Shown: one piece after another, positions 9,410 through 19,152 of the stretch
Numbering within the stretch: position 1 is the first letter of the stretch
How the letters are laid out: every line of letters begins with the position of its first letter
Notes under the pieces: generated by a model
Seen by the model: only the letters and a program-made list of their open reading frames with translations
What the model was told of the DNA's origin: nothing
Databases searched by the model: none
Program-made: the position numbers and the translations under genes
DNA from: an uncultured delta proteobacterium
Lineage (GTDB): Bacteria > Myxococcota_A > Polyangia > Polyangiales > Polyangiaceae
Length of the DNA stretch: 64,000 nucleotides
NCBI GenBank assembly: GCA_963696385.1
Contig: CAVOKF010000008.1
Location: 704,001 to 768,000 of the forward strand
Direction: 5' to 3'

Positions 9410-10377
9410 CGTTCGCCCCGTGCCCGGGGGTCGACGGCGAGGTGAACCGCGGTCCCCAGCGCTTGCGCGGCGACAAAGAGCAGGCCCGATGCGACGACGG
9501 CGCCTTCCAGCACGGGCAAGTCGCGCGTCGTGTAGGCCTCGATGATGAGCATGCCGAGGCCCCAGCGCTCGAAGAGGCGCTCGAGCACGACGGCGCCGCC
9601 CAAGAGCGCGCCGAGTTGCGCGGCGACGACCGTCGCGATCGGCCCCGCCACCGTCGGCAAGGCGTGCACGCACCAGACCCGGATCGGCCGCGCCCCCTTC
9701 GCCACGGCGACCGTCAGAAACGACTGCTTCGCGACGTCCGCAAGCGCGGCCCGCGCGATTCGGCCCACGTGAGCCGCCAGCGGGATGGCGAGCAGCGACG
9801 CGGCAAAGAGCAAGCCCGTCGCTCCGGCATCGGGGTCTCCGGGCAACGGCAAGACCCGCAGGCGCACCGCCAGCGCCCAGGTGACGACGGGCGCAAACGC
9901 CAAGAGCGGAGCGGCCGCCACGACCACCAGAACGTGCTCAATCGACGATCGGGCTCGGGGTCCCAGCCACGGACCGCTCGCCGCAATGGCGGTCGCGATT
10001 CCGCCCACCGCCCCCAACCCGACCGCGACCGTCGCAAGTTCGGCGGTCGGCACGAGCGCACCGAGAACCCGCGCCATCGCGAGGGTCCCGGGGCGGCGGT
10101 ACGAGTCCCCGAGGTCGAGCGTCGCGAGCCCGCGCAGAAACCGCCCGTATTGAGCCCACAGCGGCTCGTCCAAATGCAGGATCGAGCGGACCCGAGCGAG
10201 GTCGGCGGCGCTCGCCTCGTCGCCGAGCACGAGGCGAGCGGGATCGCCGGGCAACCAGCGCAGAGCGACAAAGACCAGGGACGCGAGCGCGACGACGACC
10301 GTCAGGGATTCGACCGCACGGGCGACCAGCAAACGGCCGACGCCCCAAGCGCGAGCGAGGTCACCCGCCGCCCGCAT
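9406..10377 (-). CDS. ABC peptide/nickel transporter permease (DppB/OppB type)
   Basis: LPGDPARLVLG, LDEPLWAQYGRFL, DLGDSY, AVAKGA, GGAVVLERLF, RDLPVLEG. Start uncertain. Confidence 0.9.
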   Translation of the reverse strand: MRAAGDLARAWGVGRLLVARAVESLTVVVALASLVFVALRWLPGDPARLVLGDEASAADLARVRSILHLDEPLWAQYGRFLRGLATLDLGDSYRRPGTLAMARVLGALVPTAELATVAVGLGAVGGIATAIAASGPWLGPRARSSIEHVLVVVAAAPLLAFAPVVTWALAVRLRVLPLPGDPDAGATGLLFAASLLAIPLAAHVGRIARAALADVAKQSFLTVAVAKGARPIRVWCVHALPTVAGPIATVVAAQLGALLGGAVVLERLFERWGLGMLIIEAYTTRDLPVLEGAVVASGLLFVAAQALGTAVHLAVDPRARGER

Positions 10378-11263
10378 CGGCATCGGCGGACGCATCGGCA
10401 TCGGCGGACGCATCGGTCAAGATCTCTCCGCCGGCCTCCGCCGAGGCGTCGGGCGAAGGGCCGGCGCCAGCGTCGCTCTCGGCATCGCTCGACATCCCTC
10501 TCAGCGCGTCGCTCGACCCTTCGCTCTCGTCGCCGCTCGACACGTCGCTGCTAGCTACCGCATCGCTCGAGCTCAAGGCATCGCTCGAGCTGCCGCTCTC
10601 GCCGGTGGACACGTCGCTGACCCCGTCGGTTGAGCCGCTCACCGCGTCGCTCGAACTCTCGGCGGACGCCGCTTCGGCCGATCCCTCGCCGGACGGAGGC
10701 GCATCGAGAGGCGCATCGGCGCCCGCCTCCGGGATGGGCGGCAGAGTCGGACCGCACACACCCGAGTCCGACAGCGGCGCGACGGACGCCTGGGACGACG
10801 ACGCCGCGATGCACACACTCTGGTTCTGATTGTCGTCGAGGATCGCGCCGTTCCAGGGCTGGCCGCGAGGATCGGCGCAGACGTACCCCTCGTCTTCGCG
10901 GCAATCCGAGTCACTGCTGCAATGAGCCATGCAAAACGACAGTCCGATTCGGCCCGGCGCCGAATAGTCGCTGTAGACGCAGCCGGGAACACTCGGGTTG
11001 AACAGGACACACACGGCGCTGTCCGGACAGGTGTTGTCGGTGCAGTTGAGTTCGGTGCAATACCCGTCCGGCTGCGCCGTGTCGCACACGCGATCGCCCT
11101 GGGGCGAACAGTCCGTCGACAGCGTGCAGGCACTGCCGATATGCGCTTTGCAGCCGGCCACCGCAAGCGCGAGGCCCGCAAGCGCAAGCTGAGCCGCCCT
11201 CGTCCACCGCTCGGATCGGCCCGCAGATGGCCCTGGGGCATCGGTGCGGGTCGGTAGCCACAT
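10361..11263 (-). CDS. Cys-rich lipoprotein
   Basis: Lipobox LAVAGC; GSACTLSTDC, PDGYCT, CMAHCSSDSDC repeats; Ser/Asp-rich tail. Confidence 0.8.
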   Translation of the reverse strand: MWLPTRTDAPGPSAGRSERWTRAAQLALAGLALAVAGCKAHIGSACTLSTDCSPQGDRVCDTAQPDGYCTELNCTDNTCPDSAVCVLFNPSVPGCVYSDYSAPGRIGLSFCMAHCSSDSDCREDEGYVCADPRGQPWNGAILDDNQNQSVCIAASSSQASVAPLSDSGVCGPTLPPIPEAGADAPLDAPPSGEGSAEAASAESSSDAVSGSTDGVSDVSTGESGSSSDALSSSDAVASSDVSSGDESEGSSDALRGMSSDAESDAGAGPSPDASAEAGGEILTDASADADASADADAGGG

Positions 11264-11391
11264 CCGTCGCGGACCCTAGTCGCGCCCCCCTCGGTCGCGC
11301 AAGCGGCCGAAGGCGCAATCCCGCTGCAACTGCGCGGCCTGTGGCGGGTTTGACTTTGGCGGGACTGCTTCCTACGTTGCGGTCCTCGTCC

Positions 11392-11697
11392 ATGTCCACG
11401 TACATCACTGCCGACTGCATCAACTGCGGTGCCTGCGAGCCCGAGTGCCCGAACGAAGCGATCAGCGAAGGTGATGAGATTTACGTTATCGACCCGGAGC
11501 TCTGCACCGAGTGCGTCGGGTTCTACGATCACGAGGCGTGCCAGGCGGTCTGTCCCGTCGAATGCTGCATCCCCGATCCGGGCCATCGTGAAGAGGAGTC
11601 GCTCTTGCTCGAGCGGGCGATCCGTCTGCATCCCGAGGACCAAGAGCTCAAGAAGCGCGTCGCCGCCGGATCGTTTCCTTCTCGCTTTCGAAAGTAG
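11392..11697 (+). CDS. YfhL-family 2x[4Fe-4S] ferredoxin
   Basis: CINCGACEPECP and CTECVGFYDHEACQAVCPVEC. Confidence 0.93.
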   Translation: MSTYITADCINCGACEPECPNEAISEGDEIYVIDPELCTECVGFYDHEACQAVCPVECCIPDPGHREEESLLLERAIRLHPEDQELKKRVAAGSFPSRFRK

Positions 11698-11761
11698 ACG
11701 ATCCGCCTCACGTCGGCGACGCCTCCAAACGGCATCGCTCGTCGGGTGTTGCGCCGCATGC

Positions 11762-12544
11762 GTGCTGGATCTGGTCGGCTGCGGAGGCGGCCTGCCCTTG
11801 CTTCATCCGGCGCGGACCCTGCCGTCCGGCGAAGTGCGCGCCGCCGCGGGATTCAGCGAAAACGTCGCGATCGGCAGCTTCTCGCGCGGATTGAACGACG
11901 CCGTCAGCGAGGCGGCCGCGAATCCGGGCGGCCCGCCCGCCACGGATGCGACGTTCGCCAAGGGCGCACTCGTCGCCGCGTCCGTCGCCCCGGGCCTCAG
12001 CCCGTTCGGCGCCGCCCGGGTGGGACTCGGCGCTCAGTTCGAAGCCGGCCTCGCCTACACGGGCCGGGCTCTCCGCGCGGACGTGCGTCGCTCGTTCGAC
12101 CTGTCGCCCGGCGTGTCGATCGGGGTGGGTGTCGGGGGCTCGGCGGCTCTCTACGGCCAGCAGGGCGCGCGCCCCCTTCCAAACGTCGACTTGAGCACGA
12201 TGTTCGGCTGGGGCGCCGACGTGCCGGTCCTGGTCGGCTACGAGAGCGCCGGCGGGCTGTACATGGCTTGGGCGGGCGCGCGCGCCGGATGGGAGCACGT
12301 CGACATCGGCCCGCTGCCGACCGAGCCGGGCAACCCCACGATCGGCGCCGCTCCCGCCTCGCTTTCGGCAACGCGGCTCTGGGGCGGCGGCGTAGCCGGC
12401 TTGGCGGTCGGATTCCGTCACCTTCACGCCGCGGCGGAGCTCGACGTGAGCTACGCCCGGATCACGGGCGAGTACAACCAAGTCCAAGCCAGTATCGACG
12501 GCTTGACGGTGGCGCCCTCGGCGGCCCTCTGGTGGAACTTCTGA
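11762..12544 (+). CDS. Hypothetical lipoprotein / outer-membrane beta-strand-rich protein
   Basis: LVGCGGG lipobox-like site, alternating Gly/hydrophobic strands, C-terminal WWNF. Start codon unclear. Confidence 0.6.
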   Translation: MLDLVGCGGGLPLLHPARTLPSGEVRAAAGFSENVAIGSFSRGLNDAVSEAAANPGGPPATDATFAKGALVAASVAPGLSPFGAARVGLGAQFEAGLAYTGRALRADVRRSFDLSPGVSIGVGVGGSAALYGQQGARPLPNVDLSTMFGWGADVPVLVGYESAGGLYMAWAGARAGWEHVDIGPLPTEPGNPTIGAAPASLSATRLWGGGVAGLAVGFRHLHAAAELDVSYARITGEYNQVQASIDGLTVAPSAALWWNF

Positions 12545-12709
12545 GGAAGAAGGGCCGTGCCCCCGACCGGGTAACGGGGCGACGGCCCGCGCCGATGAGG
12601 CGAGGCGGGGCATGGGGCGCTCGACCGCCACCTTGGGGCGAGACGGCTTGTCTCACCTCGCGAATGCGCGGCGGCGGGCGCCTCGATCGAGTAAAGACCA
12701 ACCCGGAGC

Positions 12710-13123
12710 GTGTCTGACCCTGCTATGGCCACCGGCAACGCCCCCACGCCAAGGATCACGATTCTCCTCGTCGACGACTTCGACGACAGTCGGCAAATGT
12801 ACGCCGAGTTTTTGACCTCCTCTGGCTTCGACGTCCTGGAAGCCGCCGACGGCGTCGGCGCGATCGCGAAGGCCCTCGAGCACCGGCCGAGCGTCGTCGT
12901 GATGGACCTGTCGCTGCCGGTACTCGACGGGCGAGAGGCCACGCGCCGGCTCAAAGCCGACCCGCGCACGAGTCACATTCCGATCATCGCTCTCACGGGT
13001 TACACGCTGACGAGCGGCTCGCACGGTGCCCTCGAAACCGGCTGCGACAGGTTGTTGACAAAGCCCTGCTTGCCCGACGATCTGCTCGCCACGGTCAACG
13101 AGATCTTGGCCCGCGCGACATGA
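12710..13123 (+). CDS. Single-domain response regulator (DivK/CheY-like)
   Basis: ILLVDD, VVMDLSLPVLDG, IIALTG, LTKP. Confidence 0.93.
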   Translation: MSDPAMATGNAPTPRITILLVDDFDDSRQMYAEFLTSSGFDVLEAADGVGAIAKALEHRPSVVVMDLSLPVLDGREATRRLKADPRTSHIPIIALTGYTLTSGSHGALETGCDRLLTKPCLPDDLLATVNEILARAT

Positions 13124-14127
13124 TTCGCGTGCGCTCGTTGCGCAAGCACTACGCCGTACACGAGCGGGCACCGGGAATGGCCGCCGCATTTCGATCGATT
13201 TTCCACCGCACCAAAACCACCGTCACGGCGGTCGACGGAATCGACTTCGATATCGCGGCCGGCACGCGCGTGGGCTTCCTCGGGCCCAACGGAGCGGGCA
13301 AGACGACCACGCTCAAGGTGCTCGCAGGACTGTTGCACCCGACGAGCGGCGAGGTCACGGTCGACGGCTTCGAGCCGCGCCGCCGCCAGGATGCGTTTTT
13401 GCAGCGAATCATGCTGGTGCTCGGGCAAAAGCAGCAGCTGCTCTGGGACCTTCCACCGAGCGAAACGTTCGAGCTCAATCGCGCGGTGTACGAAGTGCCC
13501 CGAGAGCAGTACGTGGCCACGCTGCGCGAACTGACCGATCTGCTCGATCTCGGCGACCTGGTACGAAAGCCCACCCGGACGCTGTCTCTCGGCGAGCGCA
13601 TGAAGTGCGAGCTTGCCGCGGCGCTCATCCATCGGCCGAAATTGCTTTTTCTCGACGAGCCGACCATCGGCCTCGACGTGTCGATGCAAGCGACCGTGCG
13701 CGATTTCGTCAAGCGGTACAACGAACGAAACGGCGCGACACTGATCCTGACCAGCCATTACATGGAGGACGTGGCGCAGCTGTGCCCGCGCGTGATCGTC
13801 ATCGACCGGGGCAAGCTCGTCTACGATGGATCGCTCGAAGCGCTCGTGACCAAGACGCGTCCCGACAAGCGGGTCATCTTTCGCTTCTCGCGGCCGGTCG
13901 ACGAGCGCGATCTCGCCGCTCTCGGGCACGTCGTTCAGCACGACGCAGGCCAGAGTACGTTGCAGATCCATAAGGACGCCGTCAACGCCGTCGTCGGACG
14001 CGCCCTTGCAGAGCTGCCGATCAGCGATCTCACGGTCGAAAATCCGCCGCTCGAAGAGGTGATGAGTGAACTCTTCGCCCAGGGCCGACTGCGCGAAGCG
14101 GGGCGGCCGGACAGGTCCCCCGCATGA
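13120..14127 (+). CDS. ABC transporter ATP-binding protein
   Basis: GPNGAGKTT, LSLGERMK, LFLDEPT, LTSHYM. Confidence 0.95.
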   Translation: MIRVRSLRKHYAVHERAPGMAAAFRSIFHRTKTTVTAVDGIDFDIAAGTRVGFLGPNGAGKTTTLKVLAGLLHPTSGEVTVDGFEPRRRQDAFLQRIMLVLGQKQQLLWDLPPSETFELNRAVYEVPREQYVATLRELTDLLDLGDLVRKPTRTLSLGERMKCELAAALIHRPKLLFLDEPTIGLDVSMQATVRDFVKRYNERNGATLILTSHYMEDVAQLCPRVIVIDRGKLVYDGSLEALVTKTRPDKRVIFRFSRPVDERDLAALGHVVQHDAGQSTLQIHKDAVNAVVGRALAELPISDLTVENPPLEEVMSELFAQGRLREAGRPDRSPA

Positions 14128-14927
14128 GCTTGCGAACGACGATGCGCGCGCTTCCGACGCTCTTGCGCGTGGGGTTCGCCGACGCCGTGGCCTACCGCGC
14201 CGAGATGTTGGTCTGGGTGCTGTCGACGACGATGCCCCTCGTGATGCTCGCCCTGTGGACGACGGTCGCCCGGGATGCTCCGGTCGGTCGCTACGGCGAG
14301 CCGCAATTCGTGGCCTATTTCCTGGCGACGTTCATCGTCCGGCAGCTCACTGGATGCTGGGTGTTCTGGGAGATGACCTTCGCCATCCGCAACGGTACCC
14401 TCGCCTTGCGGCTGCTGCGCCCCATCGACCCCCTTTGGGCGTACGGCGCCGAAGCCCTCGCGTCCATGCCGATGCGTCTCATCGTGTCGATTCCCGTCGC
14501 AGCCGTCGCGCTCGAGGTGCTCGGATCCCGGGGCATCACGCGCGATCCCGCGCTGTGGGCCTGCTGGGTGGGCGCGATCACGGGCGCCTGGCTCATGACG
14601 CTTCTGGTCAACTTCATCGTCGGGTGCGCGGCGTTTTTCATCGAGAGCAGTTTGAAGCTCATGGATCTCTGGCTGGTCTTCTTCTTCGCATTCAGCGGCT
14701 ACCTCATTCCCGTCGACCTCTTTCCTCACGGATTGCGCGTCGTCGCCGACTGGCTTCCGTTCCGGTTCCAGATCGGGTTCCCGGTCGAACTGATGACCGG
14801 CGCGCACGGTCGGGGTGACGCACTCCGGCTTCTAGGCTGCCAATGGGTCTGGATCTCGTCGCTCTTCGGTGTGACGGTCTTGACCTGGCGCCTCGGGTTG
14901 AAGCGTTTCGCCGCGTACGGCGGGTAG
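14124..14927 (+). CDS. ABC-2 family permease (DUF990-like)
   Basis: AVAYRAE, IRNGTLALRLLRPID, FSGYLIPVDLFP; multiple TM segments. Confidence 0.88.
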   Translation: MSLRTTMRALPTLLRVGFADAVAYRAEMLVWVLSTTMPLVMLALWTTVARDAPVGRYGEPQFVAYFLATFIVRQLTGCWVFWEMTFAIRNGTLALRLLRPIDPLWAYGAEALASMPMRLIVSIPVAAVALEVLGSRGITRDPALWACWVGAITGAWLMTLLVNFIVGCAAFFIESSLKLMDLWLVFFFAFSGYLIPVDLFPHGLRVVADWLPFRFQIGFPVELMTGAHGRGDALRLLGCQWVWISSLFGVTVLTWRLGLKRFAAYGG

Positions 14928-14930
14928 CCG

Positions 14931-15716
14931 GTGCGCTACCTGCGGTTGCTCGGAATGCAGTTTCGCGCGTCGCTGTTGCTCGGGCTGCAGTATCGGGCCG
15001 ATTTTGTACTCGACGGCTTCGTCGAGATCTTCTGGATGGCTACGGCGCTCTTGCCGCTGGTGATCGTGTTTCGCGTCCGGCAGACGGTGGCCGGGTGGAG
15101 CTTCGGCGAAGCGCTGATGGTGACCGGCTGGTTTACGTTCCTCGAGGGAGTCCTCGAAGGCGCGATCAATCCAAGCCTGGCGAGCGTGGTGGATCACATT
15201 CGCAAAGGGACACTCGACTTCGTCCTGCTCAAACCAGCCGACGCTCAGTTTCTCGTGTCGACCGCGCGCTTCCAACCGTGGCGCGGCCTGAACGTCGGCA
15301 CGGCCGTGGTCATTTTCGTTTGGGGCTTTCGACGGCTGGGGCACGGTCCCTCGGTCGGCGCGGTCGGGCTGGCGTGCGTGATGATGGTCGCCGCCGTGAC
15401 GGTGCTTTATTCGTTGTGGATCCTCACGGTCAGCGCCGCGTTCTACGTCGTGCGGGTCGACAACTTGACCCACCTGTTTAGCGCCATTTTCGACGCGGCA
15501 CGCTGGCCGGTCGGCATGTTCCGGGGGGTCGTGCGCTGGGTGTTCACGTTCGTCGTGCCCCTGGCCTTGATGACGACCTATCCCGCCGAGGCGCTGCTGG
15601 GCACACTGCCGCTGCGCACCGTCGCCGGGGCTCTGGCCGGCGCCTTCGCGGCCTTCGCGATTTCTCGCACCGTGTGGAATGCGTCCATCGCCCGATACAC
15701 GAGCGCGGGCGGTTAG
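14931..15716 (+). CDS. ABC-2 family permease (DUF990-like)
   Basis: LQYRADF, IRKGTLDFVLLKPADAQF, ARWPVGMF, YTSAGG end. Confidence 0.88.
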   Translation: MRYLRLLGMQFRASLLLGLQYRADFVLDGFVEIFWMATALLPLVIVFRVRQTVAGWSFGEALMVTGWFTFLEGVLEGAINPSLASVVDHIRKGTLDFVLLKPADAQFLVSTARFQPWRGLNVGTAVVIFVWGFRRLGHGPSVGAVGLACVMMVAAVTVLYSLWILTVSAAFYVVRVDNLTHLFSAIFDAARWPVGMFRGVVRWVFTFVVPLALMTTYPAEALLGTLPLRTVAGALAGAFAAFAISRTVWNASIARYTSAGG

Positions 15717-15743
15717 GGCTTCCCGAGCACGCCGAACGGCCCC

Positions 15744-16577
15744 ATGCTGCGACCCGTGACGACGCCGACCTACGAACTCTACTACTGGCCCGGCATCCAA
15801 GGTCGCGGCGAGTTCGTCCGTCTTGCGCTCGAGGAGGCCGGCGCGGCCTACGTGGACGTCGCTCGGACGCCGGGCGGAATGCATACGATGATGCGTTTGC
15901 TCGACGGGGAAGCCGAGGGGCTTCTGCCGTTCGCGCCGCCGTTCCTGAGGCACGGCGATCTCATCGTCGCTCAGACCGCCAACGTGCTCGCGTACCTGGG
16001 GCCGCGTCTCGGTCTCGTCCCGGATGACGAGTCGCTTCGCGTCGAGGCGTTGCAGATCCAACTGACGCTCGCCGATCTCGTGGCGGAAGTGCACGAGACG
16101 CACCACCCGCTGTCCGGCGGTCTCTATTACGAGGACCAGAAGTCCGCTGCCAAAGCGCGCAGCGCGGCATTCGTGCGCGAGCGGGTTCCGAAGTTTCTCG
16201 GTTGGCTGGAGCGCCTGCTCGATCGGGCCGGCGGCGAATATCTGGTCGGTCGGCGGCTGACGTACGTCGATCTGTCCGCCTTCCAGATCGTCGCGGGCCT
16301 GTCCTACGCGTTCCCGAACGCGATGGCACGAATGAAGCGGCGTATCCCGAAGCTACTGGCGTTACGCGACCGCGTGGCGGGCCGTACGAGAGTCGCCGAG
16401 TACCTCGCGTCCGAGCGGCGCCTTCCCTTCAACGAGTCGGGCATCTTCCGGCACTACCCCGAGCTCGACGTCGTCGAACCCCGCCCGCGCGCACCCGAGC
16501 CGCCCGCCATCAAGCCGGGCCCGAGGCGACGACGGGCGACCGCGCCTGCCAAGAGCCGCTCGCCGCGCGCGAAATGA
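15744..16577 (+). CDS. Glutathione S-transferase
   Basis: YELYYWPGIQGRGEFVRLALE, FAPPFL, QTANVL, LTYVDLS. Confidence 0.93.
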   Translation: MLRPVTTPTYELYYWPGIQGRGEFVRLALEEAGAAYVDVARTPGGMHTMMRLLDGEAEGLLPFAPPFLRHGDLIVAQTANVLAYLGPRLGLVPDDESLRVEALQIQLTLADLVAEVHETHHPLSGGLYYEDQKSAAKARSAAFVRERVPKFLGWLERLLDRAGGEYLVGRRLTYVDLSAFQIVAGLSYAFPNAMARMKRRIPKLLALRDRVAGRTRVAEYLASERRLPFNESGIFRHYPELDVVEPRPRAPEPPAIKPGPRRRRATAPAKSRSPRAK

Positions 16578-17362
16578 GGCCGAATCGCGACCGACGGAGG
16601 GATCCGGCGCCGGCAAAGGCGACCGGCACGCCACCGACGGAAGTCATTCAGGGGCTGCGCGCCGGCCTCGCGGTCTTTGCGCACCGGCCGGACGACATCG
16701 TTCGCGTGCTGCACGCACGCACCCCGATCCCGGAGATCGCCCAGCTGGTGCGCTGGGCCGAATCGCGGCGGGTGCCCTGCCTGGCCGCGAGCGATCCCGA
16801 TCTCGATCGATGGGCGACGTCGGCGCACCACGAGGGCCTGTGCATCGTGGCGCGGGCGCGCCGCTGGGCGCCGATCCTGGAGCTCGGCGAAGGGCTCGTC
16901 CGATCCAAGGCCACGGCGGTCGCACTCGATCGCGTGCGCAACCCGTACAACGTGGGGGCCATCCTTCGAAGCGCAGCGTTCTTCGGAGTGGACGGGGTCC
17001 TGCTCGGCGCGCCCTCTCCGGTCCCCGGTCTCGACGCCACGGCGGTGCGGGTCGCCGAAGGGGCGGCGGAAGTCCTGAAGCTGAGCCGAACGACGGACCT
17101 CGCCGACTCGCTCGGTCGGCTCCGCTCGCGCGGTGTGCACGTGTTCGGAGCGGACGCTCGTGCAACGGCCGACGCCCTGCGGTTCACGTTCGCCAAGCCG
17201 GCTGTTCTGGTCGTCGGCCACGAGCGCGAGGGCTTGGGTGCCCGCGTGCGTGCCCAGTGCGATGCACTCGTCGCGATCGACGGCAGCGGGCGCATGGAAT
17301 CGCTCAACGTGGCCGTGGCGGCAGGCATTCTCATTGCGGCGATCACCCGGGCAGCCGGTTAG
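16574..17362 (+). CDS. TrmH/SpoU family RNA methyltransferase
   Basis: LDRVRNPYNVGAILRSA, VVGHEREGL, ESLNVAVAAGI. ATGA overlap with GST. Confidence 0.93.
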   Translation: MRPNRDRRRDPAPAKATGTPPTEVIQGLRAGLAVFAHRPDDIVRVLHARTPIPEIAQLVRWAESRRVPCLAASDPDLDRWATSAHHEGLCIVARARRWAPILELGEGLVRSKATAVALDRVRNPYNVGAILRSAAFFGVDGVLLGAPSPVPGLDATAVRVAEGAAEVLKLSRTTDLADSLGRLRSRGVHVFGADARATADALRFTFAKPAVLVVGHEREGLGARVRAQCDALVAIDGSGRMESLNVAVAAGILIAAITRAAG

Positions 17363-17381
17363 CCGGTCTCCCGAGCGCCCT

Positions 17382-17477
17382 TCGACCCCGACCTCGACCT
17401 CGACCCCTCGACCTCGACAACCTCGACCCCGACCCCGACCTGACCCCGACCTCGACCCCGATCCTCGACCTCGACCT
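17382..17477. repeat. Imperfect intergenic hexamer microsatellite (CGACCY)n
   Basis: About 15 units of CGACCT/CGACCC with a few interruptions, downstream of the trmH-family stop. Confidence 0.9.
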
Positions 17478-17604
17478 TTCGAATTGCGCCTCCATTGGAA
17501 ACACTCTCGTCTCATTGTATTAACAGTGGAACTCACGGCTCCCATGGGCCGAGGTACGGTCGCTCCGTACTTGCAATCGGGTCTTCTGAAGGAGAATGTG
17601 GCCC

Positions 17605-17781
17605 ATGTCGACGCGCCGAACGCGACCGCCGCGCACCCGCAAGTCCCGGAGCCGTGAGTCCGAAGCACCCGCCGCGGCCGCGGCGAGCCTTCCGGCGTCC
17701 ATCCCCGCGCCCGCCGAACCGGTCGAGCCCCGAACCACCGAGAGCGATGATCTCGCGGCCCTCGATGCCGGGTGGGACTGA
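17605..17781 (+). CDS. Small hypothetical protein (58 aa)
   Basis: AAGGAG at 17589-17594, 10 nt before ATG 17605; basic N-terminus, acidic DDLAALDAGWD end. Confidence 0.55.
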   Translation: MSTRRTRPPRTRKSRSRESEAPAAAAASLPASIPAPAEPVEPRTTESDDLAALDAGWD

Positions 17782-17896
17782 TCTTTCGCGAGTCTCCGAG
17801 CCGGGTTCGCTCGGCAATGCTCGTTCGACAGCGGTCGCGAGCGAGTTCCCGAGACCCGCCGCCCGCATCGCGACGATGCGCTCCGTCCGGAAGGAC

Positions 17897-19009
17897 TCAA
17901 AGACCCGCGGTCGAGATCGGTCCGGTGTACACGGCCTCGAAGTCGCTTCCATAGACCTGAGCGAACGCGCTGCTGATGGCATCCATGAGCGGGCTCCAGC
18001 CGTCGTTGCTGTCGCCTGTGACGTACCAGTCGCTGCCGTTGTCGGCGACCATGAGGCCGTATTGCTTCATGGCCGTGAGGATCACCAGGGCCGGCCCCGA
18101 GAAGCTCGACAGGTCGAAGCTCGCCTTCAGACGGACGCGCAACCCCATAGGGGGTAACGTTAGGTCGCTGCTGCCGGCCGCGTGCGTCGCAGGGTGGATG
18201 TAGCCTTGCTGCGAGCTCGCGACGGTAAAGCGCAGGGCGTGCTCGATGCTCCCCGCCTCGACTTCCGACAAGCGCACGAGTCCGGGCAAAACGGCTAGGC
18301 CGGCGGCATCGGCCGAGGTCCATCCGTCCGGGCGCAAGGCGTCCGAGTCGAGCATGAACTTGGCGCCCGATCCGCAGCTCCAGCCCGGGCCGACGTACGT
18401 GCTGTTCCAGGCCTCGTAGAGCGTGCAGGTGCCGACCTCCAGAACGAGAACGTGCATGTCGCCGCCGGATCCCGCTCCTCCCTCGACGAGGGCGGTCGGC
18501 GGGAACGGATACGGGCCCGGATCGCTTTGATCGGCATACTGAAACGTCATGGGCACCGCGGCTTGCGTCGCAGGCACGGTCTGCCACGGAATGCCGTAGT
18601 GGTCGGTCGACCAGTCTCCCCAATCGGCGTGGATATGGGTGTTGAGGCCGATGGCGGCGATGTACGTCGCGGAGTTCGGGTGGACGGGATACGCCGAAGC
18701 ATCGTCGATACGCGTGTTCCACGCGTTGTCCGCTGGGAAGATCGCGCAGCCTCCGATCGTCGGACCGGCGACGCTGCCGCCCTCGCTCTCGCCCGGGACG
18801 GACGCTTCGGGGCCGCCGCCGTTCGATGCGCTGCCGCTTGCCGACGACGGGGTCTCGGTGCTCGACCCGCCGCTGTCGCCCCCATCGGGCCCGGCTTTCC
18901 GTGGACCCCCCGCACGATCCGCTTCGCTTGGTGGGCTGCCGCCGCACGCGCCCGCGAACAGGCCCGCTCCGAAGCACCAAGACGCCGCCGCCATCCATCT
19001 CATGGACAC
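17897..19009 (-). CDS. Conserved-looking secreted lipoprotein of unknown function
   Basis: Lipobox FAGAC, Ser/Gly linker, then domain with IFPADNAWN, SDPGPYP, DMHVLV, GWTSADAAGL, HALRFT, YGLMVADNGS. Confidence 0.8.
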   Translation of the reverse strand: MSMRWMAAASWCFGAGLFAGACGGSPPSEADRAGGPRKAGPDGGDSGGSSTETPSSASGSASNGGGPEASVPGESEGGSVAGPTIGGCAIFPADNAWNTRIDDASAYPVHPNSATYIAAIGLNTHIHADWGDWSTDHYGIPWQTVPATQAAVPMTFQYADQSDPGPYPFPPTALVEGGAGSGGDMHVLVLEVGTCTLYEAWNSTYVGPGWSCGSGAKFMLDSDALRPDGWTSADAAGLAVLPGLVRLSEVEAGSIEHALRFTVASSQQGYIHPATHAAGSSDLTLPPMGLRVRLKASFDLSSFSGPALVILTAMKQYGLMVADNGSDWYVTGDSNDGWSPLMDAISSAFAQVYGSDFEAVYTGPISTAGL

Positions 19010-19152
19010 CCTCTATCGACCGCACGACAAGCGACTCGGGCGGGAAATCCCCCTTCGAAGGGTACGGCCGAATCGAATCGATCGAAGAGCGAACGGGGCG
19101 ATCGGGCCCTCATTCGGCGGGGTCATGTGCGGCTATGGCGAACCTGAGCGCT

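Noticed and set aside
10373..10416. 18-bp tandem repeat giving MRPPMP repeats at the permease N-terminus
   Set aside because: Better explained as the DASADA tail of the overlapping lipoprotein
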